Assembly (NCBI RefSeq): GCF_009914755.1
Contig: NC_060932.1
From: the human T2T-CHM13v2.0 reference genome, Homo sapiens
DNA length: 64,000 nucleotides
Reading direction: 5' to 3' (one strand)
Positions within the stretch are counted from its first letter, which is position 1. Each line of letters starts with the position of its first letter. Below the pieces are notes generated by a model, which made no database searches, was not told the origin of the DNA, and was given only the letters and a program-made list of their open reading frames with translations. The position numbers were made by a program, and so were the translations under genes. This document shows positions 12,791-24,417 of the stretch, piece by piece.

Positions 12791-14661
12791 GAATATATTA
12801 GCTCTGAGTCTATGAAGCTCTGGGCAACTGAGTACATTGAAGCTATTATAGTTGATGGAAAAGAATTTTGGTGAGAGGAAGGAAAGGAAGATTCTGCAAG
12901 AAGAACAGAACTGAAGAGAATGCCAGGCCTGGTGCCTGGGCAGCCTATCTCCAGGCTGAAGACAAAAGGCTTGGGAAAGGGGGATTTGGACAGAAGAGTC
13001 TCAGGGAAGTAGAGGACACACACCTGCTCTGCCACCCTCAGCACAACACCTGGCATGGTGCCAGGTCATCAGGAAACCCACCTGCAGGGTGGTGCTTGCA
13101 GAGCCCTTCGTATGGGCTTCCTGGTGCCATCTTCCCCGGCAGCGAACCGTTCCCCACCCAGGAGCTAACCTGCCTCCGTTCCCCACCTCCAGCTCTGTCT
13201 GTCTCCACACCAAGACTCAACCAGAGCAAAATGCTAAAAGGGCAATTTCTGTGGCACTGTAAAAGTGAAAAGCACCAGAGTAATTTACAATGCCCCCATT
13301 TTCCTCTGTGCCTTTTAAGAAAAGCATCGTTTTATTCCTTTGGGGTTCACATTGTTATTCCTTCATTATTCTCTGTTTGGAGTAGTAAATGAACACAGAA
13401 CTGCATGGCAGAGGAAATAAACAAATTGCAAAGTTCCTGGCCATCGAAAAACTTGAAGTGTAGTAGCGTGAGTGGCATAAATAATAATTCAATACAGAAT
13501 GGGGACAAGGCGATGAGTGGCTTTTACCAACGATGTCCTCTGTGGACCATGTGGGGTTTCAGGAGCAGCAAAATATAGCGGAAGCAAGAAAACACAAATT
13601 GGCATATGTTTTAAATAAAAGGGAAAAATGGGGCGGGGTGGGGGAGAAGTTACAACATTAAGATTTTACAATAAAGAAGATAGAGAACTGAGAATTTTCT
13701 GGATTGGATAAAAGGACTCAAGGGAAAAAATAAGATAAAATATGGGGGCAATATAATGGTAGCAGTTTTGGTTTTCAGACAAAGAAACAGGATCTTCATG
13801 TAAGTTCAGAGATATTGAGTGTTAGATGGCAGTGTGGGAACAGGTTGTACAACCCAGCCAGAAATAGCTGGCCCAGCGGGTAGAGCCTGGGCCTGGGAAG
13901 TGTAGCAGCACCAACGATAACCAAACTCTACTCTTGGAAAGAGCTGCTTCTATCCTGAGAGGAGAGACTGTGCCCTGGGGACAGGCAGGGCACCAGGGGT
14001 GACAGGAGCAGGAAGGGGCCTGGGGCTTCAGAGCTGAGTCTTGTGTTAAAATATTCCTGCCCCTGTGGTCTTCATGATTGGAGCACCTCCTTCTGCTTTC
14101 TCACACCCAGTCTAAGCTACAAGGCAGAGAATGGACACGCTAACAAACTGCCACTTCGCTATGGTTTTGCTGCCTTGCCTTTGATAATCTCTGTGTGTCA
14201 GAGTCCTTTTTGGAAGCAATGCCTATCCTCCTATGTGAGTAATGCATGTAAAGCAGCCCAGCCCTAAAATGGTGCTGGCCAGGGAGCTGATGGCCATCGA
14301 CAGGAGACCTCTATTACCAGTTAGGCCTTGGGGGCTTCAGGGAATATCCAGGCCTCTAAGCTATAAAGAAAAACAGGACCTTGAATGAAGCCAGAGGACT
14401 GCTTCTCTCTCTGTGAAGCGCCTCTTCCATTTAAACATCCAACACATGAGATTCAGGTATGGGAAACCACAGAGGAAGAGCAGGTAATAGGTAAAATAAT
14501 ATTTATTTCTTCTTCCAGTGCTTTCTGGCTTCAAAATTTCTTCTATTCATAGGTAGAGTTGCAATGAAGCTGGTAAAAATGAGCCCCCATGGGAAAATCC
14601 AATAGGAAGTATTGCCAAGCTATGCTTCAAAATACTATCTGTAAAATTTCTCAAAACTCTA

Positions 14662-14753
14662 GAGTTTGAGACCAGGAGTTTGAGACCAGCTTGGACAACA
14701 TAGTGAGACCCTGTCAAAAGAAACAAGGAAGGAAGGAAGGAAGGAAGGAAGGA

Positions 14754-14805
<52 letters not shown>

Positions 14806-14883
14806 GAAAGAAAGAAAGATAGAAAGAAAGAAGGAAGGAAGGAAGGAAAGAAAGAAAGATAGAAAGAAGGAAGGAAGGAAGGA

Positions 14884-14923
<40 letters not shown>

Positions 14924-15017
14924 AAAAGAAAGAAAGAAAGAAAGATGTAGCCAAGTGTGGTGGTGCACATCTGTGTCTCAAAACAAAACAACAACAACAA
15001 CAAAACCCCAAAAAACC
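14662..15017 (+). mobile_element. Rearranged Alu (J-like)
   Basis: End of left arm, expanded linker microsatellite, right arm with most of its interior missing, (CAA)n tail. Confidence 0.8.
14726..14944 (+). repeat. Compound (GGAA)n/(GAAA)n microsatellite
   Basis: About 220 bp of nearly pure purine tetranucleotide repeats. Confidence 0.97.
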
Positions 15018-15989
15018 AATAGCCACTGCTTAGCTCTTCTAAGTCTAAGGACCTGCACTCCAGCTGGAAATGGTTCTGGCCTGGTGTCTTTCCCCTCCTC
15101 CTGGGGTAGCAGGGCAGCCTGGCTTGTTCTTCTCCCAAGGATGACAGAAATGCAGAAAAGCAAGCAGTCACAAGTCCTTTGCTTGCATGAAGTCCGCTGT
15201 CATCCCATTATCCAGAGCAAGTCACAGGGCTGGGGAGGAACAGGGCAAAGGTCCAGAGAAACAGCCCCTCACACGGAATCTCTTACTGGGTGAGGGGGGA
15301 AACCTGTCTCCCTCAGTCAGGGGGGAGTGTGGGTGGGCCCTTTCTCACTCTCCTGCCTCCACGGACTTGTGCCACTCCCGGGGAATTGCCCTCGACTGGC
15401 CATGGTCTGGAACAGCCTGGGAGCTTTTGGGCAGAACAGCTCAGATGTAACCACCTGGCTGGGGGGGCACTTCTGCCTTTAGAGGGGTCTGTGTCCCTGG
15501 CCACTGCTCAAGCAAGGAGCTCTCTCAGGCTGCTGAAGGAGAGTCTATGTTTCCTGCTGCAAGTCAGGGCTGCACCAACCCTGACAGATGAGTCAAGTCT
15601 TAGAACATATGACATTTATATTGAGAAACAAGAGAGACTGATGTTTAAACTCTGGAATGGACAATAACACCCTGTGAATAACCATGGTCTTAGAGACTCC
15701 GGCTTGGTCATGACATTGAGAAAAGTCCTTTGCCAGCTCTTCTGGCAGCATTGGCTCTGCCAGATCTGCTTGATCATCCACAAGTTCAGCGGGAGAGGCC
15801 AGGACCAGATCCATCCACAAGTTCAAGGGGAGAGGCTAGGGGCCAGGGTCACCTCAATTTTCACCCTGGGCCCGCAGCTCCAGGCCTCAGAAGCCAGCAC
15901 GTCCTTTTCTACAGCTTGAGAAACTGGATGTGACTGTCAACACTTGGACACCCATGAGCCACCAACTAACAGGTTAAGAAGTTTTACCT

Positions 15990-16385
15990 ATTTCATTTCA
16001 TTTATTTATTTATTTATTTTTAATTGACAAATTATAATTGTATATGTTAATGAAAATGTAATGTTATAATATATGTATACAGTGTAGAATGATTAAATCA
16101 AGCTAATTAACATGTCCATCACCTCAAATACTTATCATTTTTTTTTGTGGTGCAAACTTTGAAATTTACTGTTCTAACTATTTTGAAATATACAGTATAT
16201 TATTAACAATAGTTGCCATGCTGTGCAATATATCTCAAAAAACTCATTTCTTTTGTCTAGCTGAAACTTTGTACCATTTGACCAACAACTCCCCATCCCT
16301 CCCCAAGCCTCTGTAATCACCATTCCCCTCTCTGCTTGTATGCATTCGATTGCTTTACATTCCACGTGTAAATGAAATCATGCAG
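15990..16385 (-). mobile_element. L1MA 3' end
   Basis: tttttaattgacaaattataattgtat...gattaaatcaagctaattaacat...ctgaaactttgtaccatttgacc. Confidence 0.85.
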
Positions 16386-18379
16386 AAGTTTTACCAATTC
16401 TCTCAGGATCTTGCTTATGTAATTTGGTGAACTTCCACTTCAGCACTATTGCAAAAGCCAGGAACAACTTTGAGTAAAACTCTGAGTGAGATTTTATTTT
16501 ACTTGCAATGGCGGTGAAAATGGTATCCAGTATTTTCCAAGGGAATGCCAATACAGTGTTTACAAGAAGGAAGCAGAGGACTTGAAAACAGAGAGAGATT
16601 ACAGGGATCCAGAAAATCAGGATACATCAGATCAAACTATAATAAACAACTTTCCCGTGTTTCCAGATGTTCTGGATCATAGATACAGTCTCCTTTCTCA
16701 GATTCACAACTGGGGCCTAATCCTTTAAGTTTAATCAATACTTCATCAGAAAAGCGTCCTTGAGGGTGAAGAAAAACATTGAGTATATTACTTGAATATC
16801 TGTATTATTCAAAAATTAGCTTATCATATGTTTTTTGATATCCTGAAATTTGTGTTTAGGGTTCAAAATAGAGGTGCAAATTGTATCAAGCAAAATAAAA
16901 CTTGAGATTGCTGCTCTTTCATTTTTCTTTCTTTTCTTTTCTTTTCTTTTTTCTTTTTTTTTTTTTTTTGAGATCTGCAGCTTCTAGTTTTCTACCCTGA
17001 CCTCAATACAATTATGGGGAGGGTTTGAGGGGAGAGTCTGAAATTTCTCATTCACTAAAGCTACATCATTCCTGAGAGCTCAAAAATCATTTTCCAGTCT
17101 GATGTTCTATGTTATTTTCTTTTTGTTTTTGTTTTCACAAAGTCGACTGGTAAAATGATGAGAAGACACCAAAGAGTAACTTTAGGATTTTGCAGCCTCA
17201 AAGGCCGAGAGAGATTGCCAGCAATTTGAATCTGATCCTAAAGAGTAGATGTGCAATGGGCTGGGTTCTTGTGGCCGGCCCCGGGCGTCTGACGTGTCTC
17301 ACCGTTACAGAGAGCTGGTCTGCATTGTCCGGGCATGGCCAGGATTCAGAGAGGGGAAAAAGGAAGCTCTGTTTAGTGTAATCTAAACACCAGCACAAAG
17401 CTGCAGGTGTCTGCCCAGAGAAACACAAGTACCATTTCTCTTAGGCACAGGAAGTCTTCTTCAGACTTGTTTAAAGAAGAAAGACCAGGCAGACACCTCA
17501 ACAATGATGATACGTTATGTCTTAAAGGGAGTAAAGTGCTAGTGAATGTAAATCTTCCCCTCCTCAAATCCTTTCTTTTTCCTCTTCAAATTGCTGTTTC
17601 TAAACATTATCCTGACATACAAACTGGTTTAACTTGACATCCATAATAAAAACATATTTATCTGAATAAATTTCAAATCAATGACACTTTTGCGTGCACC
17701 TGATGCATTTTGCTCTGGGTAGGTTGATACTGTTCAGGCACAGCCTCCACAGACTTTCTTTCCTATAGCTTCTTTCTCCACTTCCCTCCTCATTTCCCAC
17801 TCCTGCCACCACGGCCTCCACCACAATCTACACCACACTTACATTCTGGCTTTGCTCCTGTAGCATTAAAGCATTTGTATTGGCATTGTAGGTTGTCTTA
17901 CCACTTTAAATGTAAAGGAGACAGTGAACTAGAGCAAAGGAGAATGGGAGAGTTGATTTCGTTCCCCTACCTACCAAGGAAAGAGAAAGAATAGCCAGAG
18001 GAAATGAGGTCTTCTGAAACTCAAAAATGGGATTCGAGAACAATGCAGCCTTCTGGAAACTGTGGAGTGTTAAGGGAAGTTATGCTCTGTCACAGGAAGG
18101 GTGAGTGAGGCACTGTGCCTTGTGAGACCTCTGGCCAGGCTCTGTGGCAGCTGCAGGTGGGGCAGCAACCTGGGAAACAAGAGGTGACTTCACTTGGTAG
18201 CACTCAGACTTGGATTGAGGAAGATCGGAGGCCCACCACTGAGTTGTTTGTATTAAAAGGTGTGCATTAAAGGGGGCCAAATCGTTGACTATGGCTTGAC
18301 TTTTAAATTTTAAGAAGCTGAACTTGAAGCTTATTGTCCTCTCCTCCCCCTCCTCTTCCCTCTCCCTCCTTCCTTCCAG

Positions 18380-18555
18380 AGAACTGGTAGAGTTTATTGG
18401 TTAAGAACATGAGATCTGGTTTGCATGCCTGTGCTGACAAGTTCTAGCTATGTGCTTTTAAGCAAGACACGGATCCCTCTATGTCTCAATTATCTTTCCT
18501 GTAAAATGTGGGCAATGGTAGTAGCCACCTTGCTAACGTTTGCCATTAAGATTAT
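18380..18555 (+). mobile_element. MIR
   Basis: ggttaagaacatg...tctcaattatctttcctgtaaaatgtgggcaatggtagtag. Confidence 0.65.
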
Positions 18556-18899
18556 GATATGACTTTTTAATCTTTGGGAGTGAAACTCTTCTTTCAGAAG
18601 TACAAGATACAAGAATTTAACACAGCTTATCATTCTGCCTTTCTTCTTGAGTGTTCTCCAGCCATCCATTCGAGGAGTATTTCTAAACACCCATCGTGGG
18701 TGAGATGTGGGGTGACATGATGGGCCTCTCTGACCAGAAAAGAGGAAATATGAAAGCTCCACTAAATTACAGCTAGAATACAAAACTTTCATTTAGTATG
18801 TGACTCACATTTTCAGTATTTCTACATCAGTGTTTATACAGGTACTGCCATGAAACTAAAAACATTCATTTGCGTGGTAATTAACACTTAATATTATTA

Positions 18900-19368
18900 G
18901 ATTTTATTGTAAAAATTGTGTCAAAATAGACATGAAATTTACCATCTTAACCATTTTAAGTGTTCAGCTCAGCTCAATGGTCTAAAGTCCACTTACATTT
19001 TTGCACAATTAATGGGTACTGAATCTCTGTACCCATTAAACAACAACTCCTCACTCCCTCCTCCCCACAGCTCCTGGGGACTGCCATTCTTACTTTCTAT
19101 CTTTATCAATTTGACCGCTCCAGGTACCTGGAATCAGTGGAATCATACATTATTCATCATTTGTGACTGGCTTATTTTGCTTAGCATAATGTCCTCAAGG
19201 TTCAGCCATGTTGCAGGAAGTGACTGGATTTCCTTCCATTTTAAGGCCGCATAATATCCCCTTGTATTTATGTGCCACATTTTAAAGATCCATTCATCCA
19301 TTGATGGACATGCGTGTTGTTTCCACCATTCAGCTATTGTGAATAGTGCTGCCATGAATGTGGGTCTA
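18900..19368 (-). mobile_element. L1MB 3' end
   Basis: aaatttaccatcttaaccattttaagtg...gctattgtgaatagtgctgccatgaatgtgg; minus frame gives ORF2 C-terminal-like AALFTIAEWWKQ. Confidence 0.88.
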
Positions 19369-19489
19369 CGTAAGCACTTAGGATTTTGATAATGACAATC
19401 TCTTCAAATTTGATAGCAGAACACTTGCTTAACAGTAGGTAACAAGATTTCAATTTTATAGAGACACCCTTTACTACTTCAACAAACAC

Positions 19490-19830
19490 TCGCTATCTCC
19501 GAGTGCCAGGTGCTGGTGTCCAGGGCAAACCCCAGAGCTGTCAGAGAACTTCAGTCACCAGGGAGGCAAATAGGAAACAGGCAAACACACCAGTTGGCAT
19601 TTATCATTATTCATGGCAGCCAGTGCTGTGAAGGAAACAGCAGGACGCACTGAGAGAGCTCTGGCTGGGTGACCTTGCTCTGGCAGGGTGGTCAGGGAGG
19701 GGCTTTCTCACAAGGGGATCTTTGTGCTGAGGCCTGAGGATGAGAAGAAACCAGGGCAGTGCAGAGTGGGAGGTAAGAACTTTCTGGGTGAGAGCACAGC
19801 ACAGGAGAGTTCTGGGTAACACACCTGGAC
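19490..19830 (-). mobile_element. L2 fragment
   Basis: gtgccaggtgctgg...gggtggtcagggaggggctttctc...ctgaggatgagaagaa. Confidence 0.65.
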
Positions 19831-20205
19831 TGTCCCCCACTCTGTAGATCAGTTCTGACTGTGCTCCTAGTTGCTGAGTGTGACTTGAGCTCCTGACATT
19901 CCTGCAGCTCAGTCTTGGTTTATGAATCAAGCATAAAGTTGCCTGCTATTGACACATGCTTTGTAACCTTGGAACTGAAGCATCTCAGGAGTGGATAGAA
20001 GCATGAATATCCTTCTGCTTCCGTGGCTCCCAACCCAGTCCTGTTTTAGGGTCTGGGTCCCCAGGGAGTTCATAACAAAAAATCTTTGCTGGTGTTTCCC
20101 ATATGAGAGGAAGGAGGGTGCTGTTTCAATATGGAGCATCACTCAGACAGAGCCCTTCCTTGGTGAAATGTGCTCTAAAGCTTACACATTTCCTCCTGTC
20201 GTTTG

Positions 20206-20256
20206 TATATATATATATATGTATGACATATATATATATACACGTATATATATATG
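20206..20256. repeat. (TA)n-rich microsatellite
   Basis: Interrupted TA repeat. Confidence 0.9.
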
Positions 20257-21019
20257 TGATATCTCACTGTGTCCCAAATATGTATTTATTTGTCCCAGAA
20301 TGGAATAAGTCTTAAGTCAGGCAATTTTATATTGTGGAATGGATTGCTAAGGAAAAGATTCTGGATTTCCAGGAAGCCAACACAAATAGCAAACTACAAG
20401 GATGTAAAGTGAGAACAAAAAATGACATCAGTTTTGGAAACTTCTATCTCAAGCCCATGTCAGCCTCCCCGGTCCTCATTGTGAACGTGCATGTGTCTTC
20501 TCAGGCCTGTTCATCAAAGCCATTTCCTCGGACCCACTTTATAGAGAAATGAGTGCTCAGCGCATGTGAACCGAAGGTCCTTTTGTGATATGAAGTGACT
20601 CCGGACACTCACGAACACCTGTCTGTACTAGATGTCTCTGAGATAGGATGAACCTATTTCACTGAAAACTTAAATAGGTTAAGCTCTTTGCTGTTACTGT
20701 TGCTGATGTAATGTCACCCACATTTTTTTTTATTAATATGATCCCTTAGGATATGAAAATATTTATGTTAGTCTCAGATAGCCAAGGAACACACTTTTGT
20801 TTTAGTCATTCAATTTTTTCTCACATAATGCTAACTCAGTGCCGACTTTGCCTCTTGGTCTGAGGCTGGCCTATTTTGTTTATTGTTGTTAGTGTATTTT
20901 TATATGTGTTATATGCAGTCCTTTTTGAGGACTAGGACAATAAGAAATATATTTTACTTCATCTGAATTAACAAATTTTCACAAAACAACATTTATTACT
21001 TACTCCAAGAGACGCATTC

Positions 21020-21146
21020 TAGTATCTTCTAATCTATAATATTCTCTTTAATTATGTTCTATTTCATTTTTAAAAATGCTAGCCCAAACCTACTAAAGTG
21101 CCATGATTCACTAATGGGTTGAGCCCCGCAATTTGAAACACACTGT
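21020..21146 (+). mobile_element. hAT-Charlie-type MER fragment
   Basis: End catgattcactaatgggttgagccccgcaatttgaaacacactg resembles hAT-Charlie termini. Confidence 0.5.
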
Positions 21147-21316
21147 ACAGTCAAGCTATGGGGCCTTCTGTGGCTCACTACCTGTCCAGAGCACACAGGC
21201 TCCTTCAGGTAGCATGGTGGTTTCTTTCTGAAGGCTCAGTACATGGCAAGGGTTTCCACCGGTTAATTGTTGAATCAAGTGACTTAATTTCTTTTTTTCT
21301 TTTTAATAATTTGAAC

Positions 21317-21607
21317 TTTTTTTTTTCAGAGGCAGGGTCTTGGTCTGTCACCCAGGCTGGAGTGCAGCGGCGTGATCACAGCTCACTGCAGCCTCCACCT
21401 CCTGCTCAAGTGATCCTCCTGCCTCAGCCTCCTGAGTAGCTGGAACCACAGGCATGCACCACCACGCCTGTCTAATTTTTTATTTTTTGTGGAGACAGGG
21501 TCCCCCTATGTTGCCCAGGCTGATTTTGAATTCCTGGGCTGAAGCCATCCTCTCACCTGGGCCTCCCAAAGTACTGAGATTACAGGCATGAACCACTGAG
21601 CCCAGCC
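21317..21607 (-). mobile_element. AluJ in the tail region of an L1
   Basis: AluJ diagnostics (gatcacagctcactgcagcctc, ttgcccaggctg...ctgggct); flanks aattt(ga/tg)actttt. Confidence 0.93.
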
Positions 21608-21609
21608 TA

Positions 21610-23645
21610 ATTTTGACTTTTATTTTAGATTCAGGGGGTACATGTACAGGTTTGTTACATGAGCATATTGCATGATCCTGAGGTTTCGGGTACAAATGAT
21701 CCCATCACTCAGGTAATGAACATAATATCGGATAGGTGGTTTTTCAGCCCTTGACCCTCTCCGCCTCACTCCTTCTAGTAGTCCTCAGTGTCAGCTGGTC
21801 CCCTTTTTGTGTCCATATGTACCCAATGTTTAGCTCCCACTTATAAGTGAGAACATGCAGTACTTGGTTTTCCATTCCTACATTGATTTGCTTAGCATCA
21901 TGACCTCCAGCTACATCCATATTTCTGCAAAGGACATAATTTCATTCTTTTTAATGTCTGCATAGTATTCCATAGTGTATATGTACCACGTTTTCTTTAT
22001 TCAGTTCACCATTGATGTGCACCTGGATTGATTGCATATCTTTGCAATTGTGAATAGTGCTGTGATGAACATATTCATGCATGTGTAGAACAATTTATTT
22101 TCCTTTGGGCATATACCCAGTAATGGGATTACTGGGTTGAATGGTAGTTCTGTTTTTAGTTCTTTGAGAAATCTCCAAACTGCTTTCCACAGTGGCTGAA
22201 CTAATTTACATCTGCACAAACAGTGTTATAAGCATTTTCCTTTTCTTTGCAGTATTGCCAGCCTCTGTTATTTTTTATCATTTTAGTAATAGCCATTCTG
22301 ACTGGTGTGAGATGGTATCTCATTGTGGCTTTGATTTGCATTTCTCTGACAATTAGTGATGATGAGCATTTTTTTCATATGTTTGTTGGCCTCTTGTATG
22401 TCTTCTTTTGAGAAGTGTTGGTTCATGTCCTTTGCTTACTTTTCAGTGGGGTTATCTTGTTGAGTTGTTTTGAGTTCCACACAGATTGTGGATATTAGAC
22501 CTTTGTTGCATGCAGAGTTTGAAAATATTTTCTCCCATTCTCTGGGTTATCTGCTTACTCTGTTGATAGTTTCTTTCACCGTGCAAAAGCTGTTTAGTTT
22601 AATTAAGTCCCACTTGTCAATATTTTTTGTTGTTGCAATTGCTCTTGAGGACTTGGTCATAAATTCTTTGCCAAAGCTGACTTCCAGAATGGTATTTCCT
22701 AGTTTTTTTTTTCTATGGGTTTTGTAATTTGAGGTCTTAAATTTAAATCTTTAATCCATCTTGAGTTAATTTTTGTATATGGTGAAAGGTAGGGGTTCAG
22801 TTTCATTCTTTTGCATATGGCTAGCCAGCTATCTCAGCACTATTTATTGAATATGGAGTCCTTTTCTTATTGCATATTTTTGTCAACTTTGTTAAAGATC
22901 ATTTGGTGTAGGTGTATTACTTTATTTCTGGGTTATCTGTTTTGTTCCATTGGTCTATATGTCTGTTTTTGTACCAGTACCATGCTGTTTTGGTTATTGT
23001 AGCCTTATAGTATAATTTCAAGTCAGACAATGTAATGCCTCCAGCTATGTTGCTTAGGATTGCCTTGGTTATTCAGGCTTTTTTTTTGGTTCCAAATGAA
23101 TATTAGAATAGTTTCTTTTCTAATACTGTGAAAAATGGTGTTAGTATCTTGATAGGAATAATGTTGAATCTATACATTGTTTTGAGCAGTATGACCATTT
23201 TAATAATATTAATTCTTCCAATCCATGATCATGGAATGTTTTCCCATTTGTTTATGTCATCGCTGATTTCTTTCAGCAGTGTTTTGTAGTTCTTGTAGAG
23301 ATCTTTTACCTCCTTGGTTAGCTGTATTCCTGGATATTTTATTTTTGTGTGTGGCTATTGTAAGTGGGATTGCATTCCTGATTTGGCTCTCTGCTTGAAT
23401 GTTATCAGTGTATATAAATGCTACTCTGTGCTCGCTTCGGCAGCACATATATTAGAAATGCTGCCCATTTTTGTGCATTGATTTTGTATCCTGACACTTT
23501 ACTGAAGTCATTTATCAGGTCTAGGAGCATTTTGGCAGAGTCTTTAGGGTTTTCTAGGTAGAGAATCATATAATTAGTGAAGAGAGATGATTTGACTTCT
23601 TTTTCTATTTGGATACCTTGTATTTCTTTCTCTTGCCTGGATAGG
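21610..23645 (-). mobile_element. L1PA15/16- or L1PB-like element, 3' ~2 kb, decayed ORF2
   Basis: 3'UTR plus ORF2 remnants [19 protein letters not shown] and [24 protein letters not shown]. Confidence 0.93.
23428..23451 (+). pseudogene. RNU6: 3'-truncated (tailless) U6 snRNA retrocopy
   Basis: GTGCTCGCTTCGGCAGCACATATA equals U6 nt 1-24; degenerate TSD tataaatgctactct / tagaaatgctgccca. Confidence 0.9.
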
Positions 23646-23652
23646 ACTTCCT

Positions 23653-23704
23653 GTTTTTTGTTTTTTGAGAGAAGGTCTGACTCTGTCATCCATACTGGGC
23701 TGCG
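23653..23704 (-). mobile_element. Alu 3' fragment
   Basis: ttttttgagagaaggtctgactctgtcatccatactgggctgc. Confidence 0.6.
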
Positions 23705-23929
23705 GAAACTTAATCTCTTGAGTTTTGAACCCCCTGTCATTGAATTATACGAGAAAAAAAATTTCTTGATGGGTACTCTGCAAATTAAGAGTTTTGTTAA
23801 CTTGGACCTCCTCTGGTCAAAGCTCCAACCAGCTTGAATCCCTTTCTTGCTGTTGATTGCTTCCTAATTTTTTTGGTCATAAATAACCTTAAGGAGGCAA
23901 TTCAAACTTTGGCCACTTCTCTAAGAATG

Positions 23930-24050
23930 AGTTTTCTCATCCACAAAATGAGGAGAACTCTCTCATAAGGTCATGAGGATTAAATAAAATAATTTGGGTA
24001 AAGCATTTAGAATACATGGTAATTCCTCAATATTAACCATTATTATTGTT
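23930..24050 (+). mobile_element. MIR
   Basis: gttttctcatccacaaaatgagg...gaggattaaataaaataat...aaagcatttagaa. Confidence 0.7.
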
Positions 24051-24159
24051 GTCAATTTTGCTTTCAAATATGTTAGCCCCTGAGAATCCACAATATTCTC
24101 TATCTTCATATTCTTGTATTTCAGCCTGTGACGTTAAGAGGAAGTCATCAGGAGAAGAC

Positions 24160-24417
24160 CTTCTTAGTCCATTCAGGCCGTGAAAACAAATTATCAGGAA
24201 CTAGGTGGCTTATAAACAATGTATGTGAAATTTGTTTCTCACAATTTTGGAGCCTGGGAAGTTCAAGAACAAGGCAGATTTGGTATCTGGTGAGGGCCCA
24301 CTCTTTGGTTAGTAGACAGTGTCTTTTCACTCTGTTATTGCCCACCTCCCAATACTATCACATTGGGGGATTTCATCATATGAATTCTGGGGAGATAGAA
24401 ACATTCAGATCATAACA
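24160..24417 (-). mobile_element. MaLR LTR (MLT1A-like)
   Basis: tcttagtccattcagg...tatgaattctggggagatagaaacattcagatcataaca. Confidence 0.8.

Noticed and set aside
14547-15171. F/L/S-rich membrane-like ORFs
   Set aside because: Translations of the (TTTC)n microsatellite.
17401-17540. Possible coding exon after tttctcttag
   Set aside because: No convincing donor and no recognisable protein match.
23428-23451. Functional U6 snRNA gene
   Set aside because: Only 24 nt; no ACAGAGA box, and the flanks are L1 sequence with no PSE promoter.
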